DNA of 39,644 nucleotides. Origin: a virus. Position 1 is the first letter of the stretch. Each line of letters begins with the position of its first letter. Location of the stretch: the IMG/VR virus record IMGVR_UViG_3300024520_007517. One strand, 5' to 3'. The notes under the pieces are model-generated. The model ran no database searches. It had not been told where the DNA came from and saw only the letters and a list, made by a program, of their open reading frames with translations. Made by a program: the position numbers and the translations under genes. Positions 1-7,428 of this stretch are shown here, one piece after another.

Positions 1-189
1 CGCAGTTCTACCGATGCGCGCGGGGTGTCCGTTTACCCGGTCTCACGGTCAGCAGGGTTACCCGTACTGGAGCCGCTGTGATGGGATTGGACGACGCCAC
101 ACGAGTGGCGCCTGTTGTTGTAGGGAAGCGGTGGCTTAGGGCCGCCTGCCGGTATCAACCCAACCCGGCTCAGGCCCAGGGGGCCAGTG

Positions 190-205
190 ATCCCCAATGG
201 GGGAT
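190..205 (-). terminator. short hairpin (6 bp stem) after CDS 208..616
   Basis: atcccc-aatg-ggggat. Confidence 0.25.
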
Positions 206-207
206 GT

Positions 208-616
208 CTAGATCCAGCCGTACGACTTGATCTTGTAGTAGCGAGGCAGTGACGCCTCGGCGATGTAGGCTCGAGAACACCGCCGGCCGGCGGTGACCAT
301 GGCCACGCAGATGTGAGAGCCGTTCGGGCTCCCGTCCCACACGACCTGGATGCCGAGCGACCGCATCCGGTCGATGCGGTCGCTGTCGTCGAGAAGGAAC
401 AGCGGGCTGCGCCCGCCGGGGATGAACAGACGCCAGTCGCTCCACGTCACCTCCCGCTCGGGGGAGATGTAGATCATGTGCCTCCCCACGCACATGTCTC
501 CGCGCCTGCACACGACCTCGTCGTCGAAGGTCTTGTTGTCGAGGGGGAGTGAGTACAGGTCGATGCCGATTCGCTCCCGCACGCGCTTCTCGAAGTTGCC
601 GATGCTCTCAGTCATG
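208..616 (-). CDS. hypothetical protein (135 aa)
   Basis: track ORF 208..651; ATG at 616 preceded by GGAGG SD (alternative GTG at 651); GGGATAAG leader motif upstream; hairpin terminator downstream. Confidence 0.6.
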
Positions 617-678
617 ATTACCTCCTGACGTGCCACCAGAGAGGGCGGCACGTGAATGGTGTGATTGCTGTCGCTTCT

Positions 679-686
679 CTTATCCC
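679..686 (-). promoter_or_regulatory. GGGATAAG start-associated motif (core), 64 nt upstream of CDS 208..616
   Basis: reverse complement of cttatccc; consensus leader GGGATAAGAGAAG... Confidence 0.5.
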
Positions 687-705
687 TCTTCCCCCACCCC
701 AGTTG

Positions 706-1050
706 TCACTCCTTCTGGGCTTTGACCCAGTCGTGGTAGCCCTCGCGGGTGCTGCCATTCTCCACCTCGTACTGCCAGTCACGGACGGGGTGCTCGTCGT
801 CGTCACCCCAGTAGTCCTTGGGCGGCGAGGAGATCTCCAGGTTCTCGATGAAGACGAACTCCCGGTCCGTGATGACGTCGGTCTGGAAGTGCGGTCCCTT
901 CGTTCGAGAGCCCAGCTCAATGATGAGGCTGTCCCGGCCTGGCCGGATGACCAGTTGGGCCACCATCGGCTGGTCCCTGTTCACCTCGTCGAAGACGATG
1001 GCGTGGATGGCTCCGTTCTTCATGCGTGCGATCTTGGTGTTCAAGATCAC
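706..1050 (-). CDS. hypothetical protein (114 aa)
   Basis: C-terminal part of track ORF 706..1296; GTG start overlaps stop of upstream gene (GTGA); AAGGTG SD. Confidence 0.55.
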   Translation of the reverse strand: MILNTKIARMKNGAIHAIVFDEVNRDQPMVAQLVIRPGRDSLIIELGSRTKGPHFQTDVITDREFVFIENLEISSPPKDYWGDDDEHPVRDWQYEVENGSTREGYHDWVKAQKE

Positions 1051-1406
1051 GGCGTCACCTTCTGCGTGGCCGGGAAGATGGACCCGCACTCTCCACGGCA
1101 GGTGGCCGTGTCCTCGCTCACCTCCAAGGTGCCACTCTCGCACTTGGGGCACTCGTCGTCGGTCTCGTGGGTCATCCACGGACCATCGATCACCACCGCT
1201 GTCTCCTTCACGAGCAGCCACCCCTCCTTGGGGGCGAGGTCTGCCTTGGTGAGGTGGGCGTCCTCGGGGGTGGGGAACCGCCAGTCCATGGCCCACTCGT
1301 ACAAGTGGGGGTCAGCCCATGGGACCAGCAGTCGGGGCTCGGTCTCTCCGTCGGGCACCACCAGCTCTCGCCAGCAGTACCACTCTTCTGTCTTGTGCTC
1401 AGCCAT
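1047..1406 (-). CDS. hypothetical acidic Trp-rich protein (119 aa) with C-terminal CPKCE zinc knuckle
   Basis: track ORF; ATG with GAGGAA SD; overlaps upstream gene by 8 nt. Confidence 0.65.
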   Translation of the reverse strand: MAEHKTEEWYCWRELVVPDGETEPRLLVPWADPHLYEWAMDWRFPTPEDAHLTKADLAPKEGWLLVKETAVVIDGPWMTHETDDECPKCESGTLEVSEDTATCRGECGSIFPATQKVTP

Positions 1407-2286
1407 CTTCGCGTTCCTCTCTTCTCTCTTTGAGCACTTCGTTGGCGTGCTCTTGTGCCTTTTCTTGGCTCATCCCAGCCGAGCTGTGGACTCCGTTGAA
1501 TGGGCAGTTGTCCTTGATGAAGTAGACGTGGGGATCCGGGCAGGTGTCGTTGTCGTTGAGCTCCATCTCGACCTCGTAGTTGCGGACACGCTCGTCCGGG
1601 GCGTAGCCCTGGAGGCCCATGGCCGCCCGGCGGGAGAGCCACACGACGTTGGCGGTCGTGTTCTCCGGATCCGTGGGGCACCACATCTGGTCTCGGTGCC
1701 GAGTCAGCACCTTTCCGCAGTTCAAGCAGTGCCGGCTGCCGTCATCCCAGGCGTTGGCCCTCCAACAGTCGGTGCGACGTGTCTTGAGCACGGTCATCAC
1801 CTGCTCTTGGGCCTGCTCCGCGTTGATGGCGACGATGATGTCGACAGGCACGTGGTCTTGGGGCTCTGGGAGCGTGGTGTTGGCCTTCATCAGCTCGATC
1901 TTGACGCCGTGGTCCTTGGCGAACCGCGTCATCTCCTCTACGAAGCCCCTTGCCTCGCCCCAAGAGAGGCGAGAGTCGGGCTTCATCACTACGGACAGCG
2001 AGTCCACGATGACGACGGGGTCGCCGAGGCGCTTCTTGACGCCTGCATCGACCTCGCCGGCCCCGGTGTACCTCCCATTCTGGCGTTCGCCGTCGGCTGG
2101 GCAGGTGTGAGTGGGCGGAAGACCCTGTGCTCCCACCCGCCAGTGGCAGGCACGGCACTCCCACCCCGGCACCTTGCGAGTGCCGGAGGGGAAGTCGGTG
2201 AACTCGATCATCACGCCGTCGTAGTAGTCGTCGACGTTGTCGTCGGTGACCTCGTAGGGCCCACCGACGATGAGAATGCGGCTCAT
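1399..2286 (-). CDS. RecA-fold-like protein with two zinc-ribbon motifs; P-loop apparently degenerate (295 aa)
   Basis: track ORF; AAGGAGA SD; VVIVDSLSVVM resembles RecA/RadA/DnaB Walker-B; ILIVGGPY lacks GKS/T; CxxC...C pairs. Confidence 0.6.
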   Translation of the reverse strand: MSRILIVGGPYEVTDDNVDDYYDGVMIEFTDFPSGTRKVPGWECRACHWRVGAQGLPPTHTCPADGERQNGRYTGAGEVDAGVKKRLGDPVVIVDSLSVVMKPDSRLSWGEARGFVEEMTRFAKDHGVKIELMKANTTLPEPQDHVPVDIIVAINAEQAQEQVMTVLKTRRTDCWRANAWDDGSRHCLNCGKVLTRHRDQMWCPTDPENTTANVVWLSRRAAMGLQGYAPDERVRNYEVEMELNDNDTCPDPHVYFIKDNCPFNGVHSSAGMSQEKAQEHANEVLKERREEREDG

Positions 2287-2615
2287 GGCGTCTCCTTCAG
2301 TAGTCGGTCACGCTCGGCGTTGATCTTGGTCATCGCCAGCTTGCAGTTGAGGTAGAGCTGCATGCCCAAGGCACGCGGCTCCATCGGCATCTCGACGCAC
2401 TTGCACATGAGGTCGAGGTCACGGAACGTGAAGTTCCAGGCCGGGTCTTTGTCCCCATCCTCGAGCAGCATCTTCACGACGCTCAACAAGTGAGGGATCT
2501 TGCGCTTCACCGTGTAGTCGTAGTGGGACTCGGCCGAGGCCAAGAAGTAGTCGACCTCCTCGATGGTGAGGTCGAGGCGCACCAACACCTTGTAGTCGAA
2601 CCGCTTGACGATCAT
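2283..2615 (-). CDS. hypothetical protein (110 aa)
   Basis: internal ATG of track ORF 2283..2807 (MIVKRFDYKV...); start overlaps upstream stop (ATGA coupling). Confidence 0.55.
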   Translation of the reverse strand: MIVKRFDYKVLVRLDLTIEEVDYFLASAESHYDYTVKRKIPHLLSVVKMLLEDGDKDPAWNFTFRDLDLMCKCVEMPMEPRALGMQLYLNCKLAMTKINAERDRLLKETP

Positions 2616-2977
2616 CAGAAGATGTCGACGGCGTCGCCGTCTTCGTCGATGTCCGTGTCCACCTCGACACCCAGGTCGTGGAGCCTCCGCTCGAGCTCGC
2701 CGATGCGCCGCTTGATGAGCTCGCCGACGTTGAGCAACTCGTCGCGCGGGCCGACGTGGTGGAAGAGGAACTTGTTGCCCCGGCCGAGCTGAACCTTGAG
2801 GTGCCACACCTGCTGGCCCGGGGTGAGCTTGGGGTCATTCGCCAGCTGCTTCGAGATCTCGTTGTCCGACAGCTCCTCGATGGTGAGAGTGATGCACGCC
2901 TCTCCTTCGAGCAGCGGCAACAGGCGGTTGCGCTCTTCGAGGAACTCGAGCGACTTCTTCAGGTTCGAGGCCTTCAT
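2612..2977 (-). CDS. hypothetical acidic protein (121 aa)
   Basis: internal ATG of track ORF 2615..3169 (MKASNLKK...) with AAGGAGAAG SD. Confidence 0.65.
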
Positions 2978-3192
2978 GGCTTCTCCTTGTGGCGCTTCTC
3001 GCGCTGTTCTTGGCACACGGGGCACTTCAGGGTGGTGCCGTACCCGTAGCCCGACACGCGCACCCAGCCGCTGGGGACGGTGATCTCCAGCTTGTGCGGG
3101 TAGAGCGCGTCTTCTTCGTGTTCGATGCCGTTGAGCTCGGTCTCCACTCGTCGGTCGCAGTAGTCGCAACCGACTCGGATGAACAGCTTCAC
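2974..3192 (-). CDS. zinc-ribbon protein (72 aa, CxxC..CxxC)
   Basis: track ORF; GTG start with AAGGAGAAGAA SD. Confidence 0.6.
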   Translation of the reverse strand: MKLFIRVGCDYCDRRVETELNGIEHEEDALYPHKLEITVPSGWVRVSGYGYGTTLKCPVCQEQREKRHKEKP

Positions 3193-3524
3193 TTCTTCTC
3201 CTTCAGGGCTTCAGCCATCGTGGCGTCGAAGTCGACGAACCACTTGGTCAGCCCGCAAGTGCAGGGGGCTCGGTTTCGGTAGGCGCAGTCCGGGGCGTGC
3301 TGCCCGTACTTCTCGAGCGCAGCACGCAGGTGGAACTCGCGCATCACGGGCACCTCGACCGGCGGGCCACCGATCAGGTAGAGCACGCTCGTGTCCACGA
3401 TGAAGTCGAGGCCGTCGAGGCGGCGGATCTTGGAACGCGCACGCTCCAAGTACTCGATGAAGCGGAACTGCTCACCGTCGGCGCCGTCGTAGGAGACCTT
3501 GTCGTTGATGGTCAGGTAGCTCAT
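3189..3524 (-). CDS. hypothetical protein (111 aa)
   Basis: internal ATG (MSYLTINDKV...) of track ORF 3189..3641 with GGAGGTG SD. Confidence 0.65.
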   Translation of the reverse strand: MSYLTINDKVSYDGADGEQFRFIEYLERARSKIRRLDGLDFIVDTSVLYLIGGPPVEVPVMREFHLRAALEKYGQHAPDCAYRNRAPCTCGLTKWFVDFDATMAEALKEKK

Positions 3525-3745
3525 GAGGACACCTCCAAGTGCGTGGGCTTCGGCCATCGCAGGTCGAGAGTCAGGTCGGGCATGTTGCAGGCCTCGGCCA
3601 CGTGGTCGACCCACTCGCGGTCGATCTGGGCGATGAGCCACCCACTGTTGCCGAGCACCTTGAGGGTCTTGCCGCAGTTGGGGCAGTCGTAGGGGAGGTC
3701 GCGGACCTCGTGGTCTCGGTTGCAGTAGATGCAGCGCGCGGTCAC
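3521..3745 (-). CDS. zinc-ribbon protein (74 aa)
   Basis: track ORF; CIYC..CPNC motifs; GTG start overlapping upstream stop (GTGA). Confidence 0.6.
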   Translation of the reverse strand: MTARCIYCNRDHEVRDLPYDCPNCGKTLKVLGNSGWLIAQIDREWVDHVAEACNMPDLTLDLRWPKPTHLEVSS

Positions 3746-4047
3746 AGTGCCGCCGCAGCGTCGAAGGTCATGCCCGCCTCTTCGAGAGCGCCCTGGAGAC
3801 GGGTCAGCTCGCGAAGCACGCAGGCCTGGGCGTCAATGTGACCGACACCAACGTCGTCGGCGAAGATGACTTCGCGCACTTCGCCGATGTCGTCGCCGTC
3901 GTCGTACTCGAAGTAGAGGTAGGCGCCTTCGTCGGGCTCGACGCGGCACTCGACCCGGTAGTTGGCGGGCGGGTTGTTGATGAACTGGGTCAGCTTGCGC
4001 CACTTGTCGAGGATGGGCAGGTGTTCGATGATCGTGCCGTAGTGCAT
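3742..4047 (-). CDS. hypothetical acidic protein (101 aa)
   Basis: track ORF; GGAG SD; GGGATAAG motif 26 nt upstream. Confidence 0.65.
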   Translation of the reverse strand: MHYGTIIEHLPILDKWRKLTQFINNPPANYRVECRVEPDEGAYLYFEYDDGDDIGEVREVIFADDVGVGHIDAQACVLRELTRLQGALEEAGMTFDAAAAL

Positions 4048-4073
4048 GTTCGTCTCCGGGTGGGTGCAAAGCC

Positions 4074-4081
4074 CTTATCCC
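4074..4081 (-). promoter_or_regulatory. GGGATAAG motif, 26 nt upstream of CDS 3742..4047
   Basis: motif core on minus strand. Confidence 0.5.
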
Positions 4082-4110
4082 CCAAGGCAACTGGATGTTG
4101 TCGGCTAAGA

Positions 4111-4143
4111 AGCACTCCCCCTCCTGCGGGAGAGGAAGTGCTC
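4111..4143 (-). terminator. hairpin after CDS 4248..4610
   Basis: agcactcc...ggaagtgct with inner cctcc/ggagg. Confidence 0.4.
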
Positions 4144-4247
4144 GTTCGTGTCCACAGCTTCGAGTCAGCTGCGGTTCCCGCACGGGCGGGGAGCCTGCTC
4201 ATTGCCCTGTTCCCGATGCGGTTACATCGAGGGGCGGTCGGACAGGA

Positions 4248-4610
4248 CTAGGCGTGGAAGGGCAGTGCTCGCTGCCGGTCGATGGAGTGGATTCGTGGCG
4301 AGACGATGTACCAGGCACCTCCGAGCTTCGGGACGGCCATCTCGAAGTTCATCGCGACGCGGTAGGCGCGGGACATCTCGATCCGGTAGCTCAGCTCAAC
4401 CCGGTCGCCAACGCTCACAGTCGAGATCTTCTGGTGGAACAGAGAGATGACCGTGTTCAGTCGCTGCAGGGGATGGATGAAGTGGTGCGTTGGCTCGGAC
4501 GGGTCGGTGAAGGTGAAGAGGTCGAACACCTTGTCGCTCGAGCCGCGTCGCTTCGTGGGGAAGGTGACGGTCGCGGCGCCGCGGTAGATGAGGGTGGCAC
4601 GGGTGGACAT
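4248..4610 (-). CDS. hypothetical protein (120 aa)
   Basis: track ORF; GGGATAAG leader upstream; hairpin terminator downstream. Confidence 0.6.
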   Translation of the reverse strand: MSTRATLIYRGAATVTFPTKRRGSSDKVFDLFTFTDPSEPTHHFIHPLQRLNTVISLFHQKISTVSVGDRVELSYRIEMSRAYRVAMNFEMAVPKLGGAWYIVSPRIHSIDRQRALPFHA

Positions 4611-4646
4611 GAAGCGCTCCAGGCAATGGGGGTTGGTCTCACCTCA

Positions 4647-4654
4647 CTTATCCC
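4647..4654 (-). promoter_or_regulatory. GGGATAAG motif (GGGATAAGTGAGGTG), 36 nt upstream of CDS 4248..4610
   Basis: motif core on minus strand. Confidence 0.5.
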
Positions 4655-4733
4655 TCCCCAGTCGGCGCAGGCGTCAAAGCACCACGGGAGCGGCCCTGGT
4701 GAAGGAACGTGGGGTGCGGTGTGCATGGGGAGA

Positions 4734-4746
4734 GGGATAGGGAGAG
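4734..4746 (+). promoter_or_regulatory. plus-oriented GGGATAGGGAGAG SAS-like motif in non-coding region
   Basis: only plus-oriented copy found; downstream ORF 4709..4921 has low GC3. Confidence 0.3.
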
Positions 4747-4791
4747 CAAGGCGTCCGCCCCACAGTCCCGGGGCGAGATCATGCGGCAAAG

Positions 4792-4809
4792 GCAACAGCC
4801 GAGTTGTCA
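4792..4809. promoter_or_regulatory. operator-like inverted repeat CAAC-N6-GTTG
   Basis: ggcaacagccgagttgtcag. Confidence 0.35.
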
Positions 4810-4894
4810 GTTCCACGAGCCCGTGCGTAACCCCAGAGCAATGACAACTCAACCCCTCCCTACAGGCTTTGGCGCGAGACCGGCTGAAAAACAT

Positions 4895-4910
4895 GCAACA
4901 CCTAGTTGCC
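4895..4910. promoter_or_regulatory. operator-like inverted repeat GCAAC-N5-GTTGCC
   Basis: gcaacacctagttgcc. Confidence 0.4.
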
Positions 4911-4927
4911 CACATTCATAGCTAAAC

Positions 4928-4968
4928 ATGACCTCCCCCTATGGGGAGGAGGAGTGAGGGAGGTCATG
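4928..4968. terminator. 11-bp perfect inverted repeat hairpin after CDS 4988..5145
   Basis: catgacctccc-N19-gggaggtcatg. Confidence 0.5.
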
Positions 4969-4987
4969 TTCGCCAGGGCCGGGGCCT

Positions 4988-5145
4988 CTAGCTGTCGTCG
5001 CTGAAGCGGGCGATCAAGCGGCCGATGGTTGCCGAGTAGGCTCGGGCGGCGAGGCCGGGGATGAAGGTGGCGGCGATACCGGCGGCGAAGCCGGTGGCCA
5101 GGGTGCGGACGGTGGTCTTCGTGGCGACGCGGATGATTGCGGACA
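4988..5145 (-). CDS. small hydrophobic membrane protein (52 aa)
   Basis: ATG with AGGAGT SD inside track ORF 4988..5506; Ala/Gly-rich TM segment; terminator hairpin downstream. Confidence 0.55.
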
Positions 5146-5220
5146 TGGTGTGTACTCCTGGAGCCCTGGGGTTACGCCGGGCCAGCGTTGATTGAACGAA
5201 GGTGCCCCGAGGGGCGGGAA

Positions 5221-5553
5221 CTAGAGGGAGCGCAGGACCTTCAGGTCCTGGGGGGCCGTGACCCCGCAGTACGTGGCGACCTGGCGCCACGTCTTCGCTC
5301 CGATGTAGGCGGGCAGCCATATCCAGCTGCCCGCCAGGGCAACGATGACGATCACTGCCAGGGCCGCCCAGTCCTCTTCCGCCTTGGCGGCGGAGTAGAG
5401 GGAGATGCCGTAGTCCACAATGGACTCGACCTTCCCGCCGACCCAGACAACCAGGGCGGCGCTGAGGGCGAAGAAGGCAGCCTTGAGGCCCTGGATGAGG
5501 GGCCACATGGTCCAGGTCACGATTCTGGCAGAGAACTTGGCGAAGAGGTTCAT
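5221..5553 (-). CDS. membrane protein (110 aa, about 3 TM)
   Basis: track ORF; GGGATAAG leader 53 nt upstream. Confidence 0.65.
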   Translation of the reverse strand: MNLFAKFSARIVTWTMWPLIQGLKAAFFALSAALVVWVGGKVESIVDYGISLYSAAKAEEDWAALAVIVIVALAGSWIWLPAYIGAKTWRQVATYCGVTAPQDLKVLRSL

Positions 5554-5607
5554 GCTGGTCTCCAGGGAGGGGGTGATGGAGGTTGATCCTCCTTGGGTGA
5601 CATACTA

Positions 5608-5615
5608 CTTATCCC
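5608..5615 (-). promoter_or_regulatory. GGGATAAG motif, 53 nt upstream of CDS 5221..5553
   Basis: motif core on minus strand. Confidence 0.5.
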
Positions 5616-5786
5616 CCCTTTCGGCCCCAGTTCTGCATTCCGTGAGGCCGTATATGTCTGCAGCTACTTGAAAACCATTCGAGGGGCCCTTCATGGGTTG
5701 ACTGGGTACCCACTGCGATTTCAGATGTTTGCTGTCAACTCCCTGTTGCTATCTACGCCCATATATCCCGGCCCCAAATGTGGAGT

Positions 5787-5806
5787 GACAACCACTTGTT
5801 GCTAAG
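5787..5806. promoter_or_regulatory. operator-like IR GACAAC-N5-GTTGCTAAG
   Basis: gacaaccacttgttgctaag. Confidence 0.45.
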
Positions 5807-5866
5807 GATCATGGGCACGGGGTCCGGGCACAGGCGTCAGCCATATACCCGGACCCCGTGCGGTGT

Positions 5867-5888
5867 GACAACTAGGAGTTGCCTACCG
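5867..5888. promoter_or_regulatory. operator-like IR GACAAC-N5-GTTGCC
   Basis: gacaactaggagttgcctac. Confidence 0.45.
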
Positions 5889-6053
5889 AGTACGGCCCCG
5901 CCCCCGTTGGTACTCGGAGATCGGGTAGTCCTCCCTCAGAGCCTCCAGCGAAGCCATCGACGCCGAGAGCTTCTTCCGCACCTTGTCGTCGCGCTCGCTG
6001 TCGAGGGCCGCCTTCAGGGTGCGGATCATCCTGTCCAGTTCCTCTTGCAGCAT
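5883..6053 (-). CDS. small coiled-coil protein (56 aa)
   Basis: internal ATG of track ORF 5883..6170; high GC3; start overlaps upstream stop (TAATG). Confidence 0.45.
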   Translation of the reverse strand: MLQEELDRMIRTLKAALDSERDDKVRKKLSASMASLEALREDYPISEYQRGRGRTR

Positions 6054-6403
6054 TAGGCCGCCCCCGTGTGGTAGCCGTTCAGGGCCGCGTAGGCCATGTA
6101 GGCCTGACCCAACGGGGTGAGGCCTGAGCCGTAGCGCTTCCCGCGGCGGACAGCGCGCTCGAGCATGCACCCGAGCGCCAGGCTGAACGTCGTGTCTGAG
6201 CGGATGGTCTGGTCGACCGTGTAGGCCTCGCCCTTGTAGGCGAACTCGTCTCCGTCCTGGAGTCCCAGTAGGAGGCGGACGGGAACGTGGATGTCTCCGT
6301 CGACGTCATCCTGGGTGAGGGTCAGGCAGTGCTGGGTGGGGATGGGGCAGCGGGCGATGTCGAAGGACGTCGGGTTCTCAACGATGGCGATGCGGCTGGT
6401 CAT
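6053..6403 (-). CDS. hypothetical protein (116 aa)
   Basis: track ORF; AGGAGAT SD; operator IR plus GGCATAAG motif upstream. Confidence 0.7.
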   Translation of the reverse strand: MTSRIAIVENPTSFDIARCPIPTQHCLTLTQDDVDGDIHVPVRLLLGLQDGDEFAYKGEAYTVDQTIRSDTTFSLALGCMLERAVRRGKRYGSGLTPLGQAYMAYAALNGYHTGAA

Positions 6404-6431
6404 GATGATCTCCTGGTTTGGGTACAGATCT

Positions 6432-6439
6432 CTTATGCC
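6432..6439 (-). promoter_or_regulatory. GGCATAAG variant motif, 29 nt upstream of CDS 6053..6403, operator IR immediately upstream
   Basis: motif core on minus strand. Confidence 0.5.
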
Positions 6440-6442
6440 GCA

Positions 6443-6465
6443 GCAACAACTGCGAGTTGCCTAAG
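6443..6465. promoter_or_regulatory. operator-like IR GCAACAAC-N5-GTTGCCTAAG abutting promoter motif of CDS 6053..6403
   Basis: gcaacaactgcgagttgcctaag. Confidence 0.5.
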
Positions 6466-6472
6466 AACGATC

Positions 6473-6499
6473 GGGACCGAGGCGCAAAGCCTCGGTCCC
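6473..6499 (-). terminator. perfect 11-bp stem hairpin after CDS 6519..6743
   Basis: gggaccgaggc-gcaaa-gcctcggtccc. Confidence 0.55.
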
Positions 6500-6508
6500 G
6501 GGTTCGTG

Positions 6509-6530
6509 GAGACAACTGCTAGTTGTCCTC
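6509..6530. promoter_or_regulatory. operator-like IR GAGACAAC-N5-GTTGTCCTC at 3' end of CDS 6519..6743
   Basis: gagacaactgctagttgtcctc. Confidence 0.4.
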
Positions 6531-6743
6531 CCCGAGAACGATGGAGAGGCCGATACCGCCCTCTCCACGTGACCAATTCCGGGACACGACGACCAGCTCC
6601 GGGACGTGGCCCTTGTGGCTCAGATCCACCCCGTCCCAGAAGGGGGGATAGATGATGTCTCCCACCATGGGAGCGACGGGAAACTCCAGAGAGAGTCCCT
6701 CGCCGAGCCTGTCGGTGTTGATCCAGACGTCGACCTGAATCAT
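6519..6743 (-). CDS. hypothetical protein (74 aa)
   Basis: track ORF; ATGA overlap with upstream gene. Confidence 0.55.
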   Translation of the reverse strand: MIQVDVWINTDRLGEGLSLEFPVAPMVGDIIYPPFWDGVDLSHKGHVPELVVVSRNWSRGEGGIGLSIVLGEDN

Positions 6744-7201
6744 CACTCCCCCTCGCTGATGTCGACGCCGATGAGCGCGAAGGTGTCCCGGGCCACCAGC
6801 TCGTTGTACCGGGCCGACGCCTCTGGGAAGGCCCAGGCCACAGCCGCCTGGATGACGACGTGTCCGAGACCCCAGAGGGACATCATCAGGATGGCCATGA
6901 GCCAGCCGTCAACCTGCGCCAGGGCGAAGAGCGGGGCCACGAGCACTCCGGTGCCGCCGAGGATCCCGAGCTTGCCGTTCTTGAAGACCTTGGCGGCGAG
7001 CATCATCATCACGGGGATCGTGTAGCTCCACACGAGCACGGTGGCGTGGGCGAGGATGGGGTCGACCCCGTAGAGGCCGACGAGCAGGAGGACGCCGATG
7101 GCCATGTCCCAGAGGGAGATGCCGAGGCCCGCGCCCTTGCGGGTGGACTCCATGGCTGCGAATCCGGCGATGAGAGAGATCAGGTAGACGGTGATGATCA
7201 T
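6743..7201 (-). CDS. integral membrane protein (152 aa, multi-TM)
   Basis: track ORF; AGGAGAA SD; operator IR plus GGCATAAG leader upstream. Confidence 0.7.
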   Translation of the reverse strand: MIITVYLISLIAGFAAMESTRKGAGLGISLWDMAIGVLLLVGLYGVDPILAHATVLVWSYTIPVMMMLAAKVFKNGKLGILGGTGVLVAPLFALAQVDGWLMAILMMSLWGLGHVVIQAAVAWAFPEASARYNELVARDTFALIGVDISEGE

Positions 7202-7233
7202 GAGAAATTCTCCTAGGTTGGTGGTCTATTCTC

Positions 7234-7241
7234 CTTATGCC
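7234..7241 (-). promoter_or_regulatory. GGCATAAG variant motif, 35 nt upstream of CDS 6743..7201, operator IR immediately upstream
   Basis: motif core on minus strand. Confidence 0.5.
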
Positions 7242-7245
7242 GCCC

Positions 7246-7267
7246 TAACAACTGTGAGTTGCTAAAC
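7246..7267. promoter_or_regulatory. operator-like IR AACAAC-N5-GTTGCTAAAC abutting promoter motif of CDS 6743..7201
   Basis: taacaactgtgagttgctaaac. Confidence 0.5.
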
Positions 7268-7336
7268 AACCATGGGAGCGGGGCTCGAACCCGCGACCTC
7301 CTCTTGCGAGGCGCTCTACCAACTGAGCTATCCCTG
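7266..7336 (-). tRNA. tRNA-like element or degenerate tRNA (pseudo-tRNA or attP-type remnant)
   Basis: minus-strand read TCAGGGA-TA-GCTCAGTTGGTAGAGC...GCGGGTTCGAGCCCCGC-TCCCATG: canonical D-arm and T-arm, but anticodon region is too short (18 nt) and acceptor stem pairs only 4 of 7; a promoter/operator cassette sits directly upstream. Confidence 0.4.
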
Positions 7337-7344
7337 ACACTTCT

Positions 7345-7352
7345 CTTATGCC
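7345..7352 (-). promoter_or_regulatory. GGCATAAGAGAAGTG motif directly upstream of tRNA-like element, operator IR immediately upstream
   Basis: motif core on minus strand. Confidence 0.5.
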
Positions 7353-7355
7353 CCG

Positions 7356-7377
7356 TAGCAACCGTGAGTTGCCTAAG
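7356..7377. promoter_or_regulatory. operator-like IR GCAAC-N5-GTTGCCTAAG abutting promoter motif of tRNA-like element
   Basis: tagcaaccgtgagttgcctaag. Confidence 0.5.
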
Positions 7378-7382
7378 CAAGC

Positions 7383-7404
7383 GTCGCCCCCAGAAGGGGG
7401 ACGG
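7383..7404 (-). terminator. GC hairpin after CDS 7429..8604
   Basis: gtcgccccc-agaa-gggggacgg. Confidence 0.5.
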
Positions 7405-7428
7405 CGCGTTGCTCACGACCGAGTTGGA

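Noticed and set aside
170-511. 113-aa minus ORF in an alternative frame of the first gene
   Set aside because: Out-of-frame shadow of 208..616; Arg/His/Pro-rich.
652-2355. 567-aa plus-strand ORF
   Set aside because: Antisense to four SD-supported minus-strand genes; low-complexity Pro/Ser/Arg-rich translation with poor GC3 pattern. Typical high-GC shadow ORF.
4709-4921. 70-aa plus ORF downstream of the GGGATAGGGAGAG motif
   Set aside because: GC3 about 45%, far below coding regions here; region more likely non-coding or regulatory.
7266-7336. Functional canonical tRNA gene
   Set aside because: The acceptor stem cannot be drawn with more than 4 of 7 pairs, and the anticodon/variable region is about 5 nt short. 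Kept only as a tRNA-like or pseudo-tRNA element pending tRNAscan.
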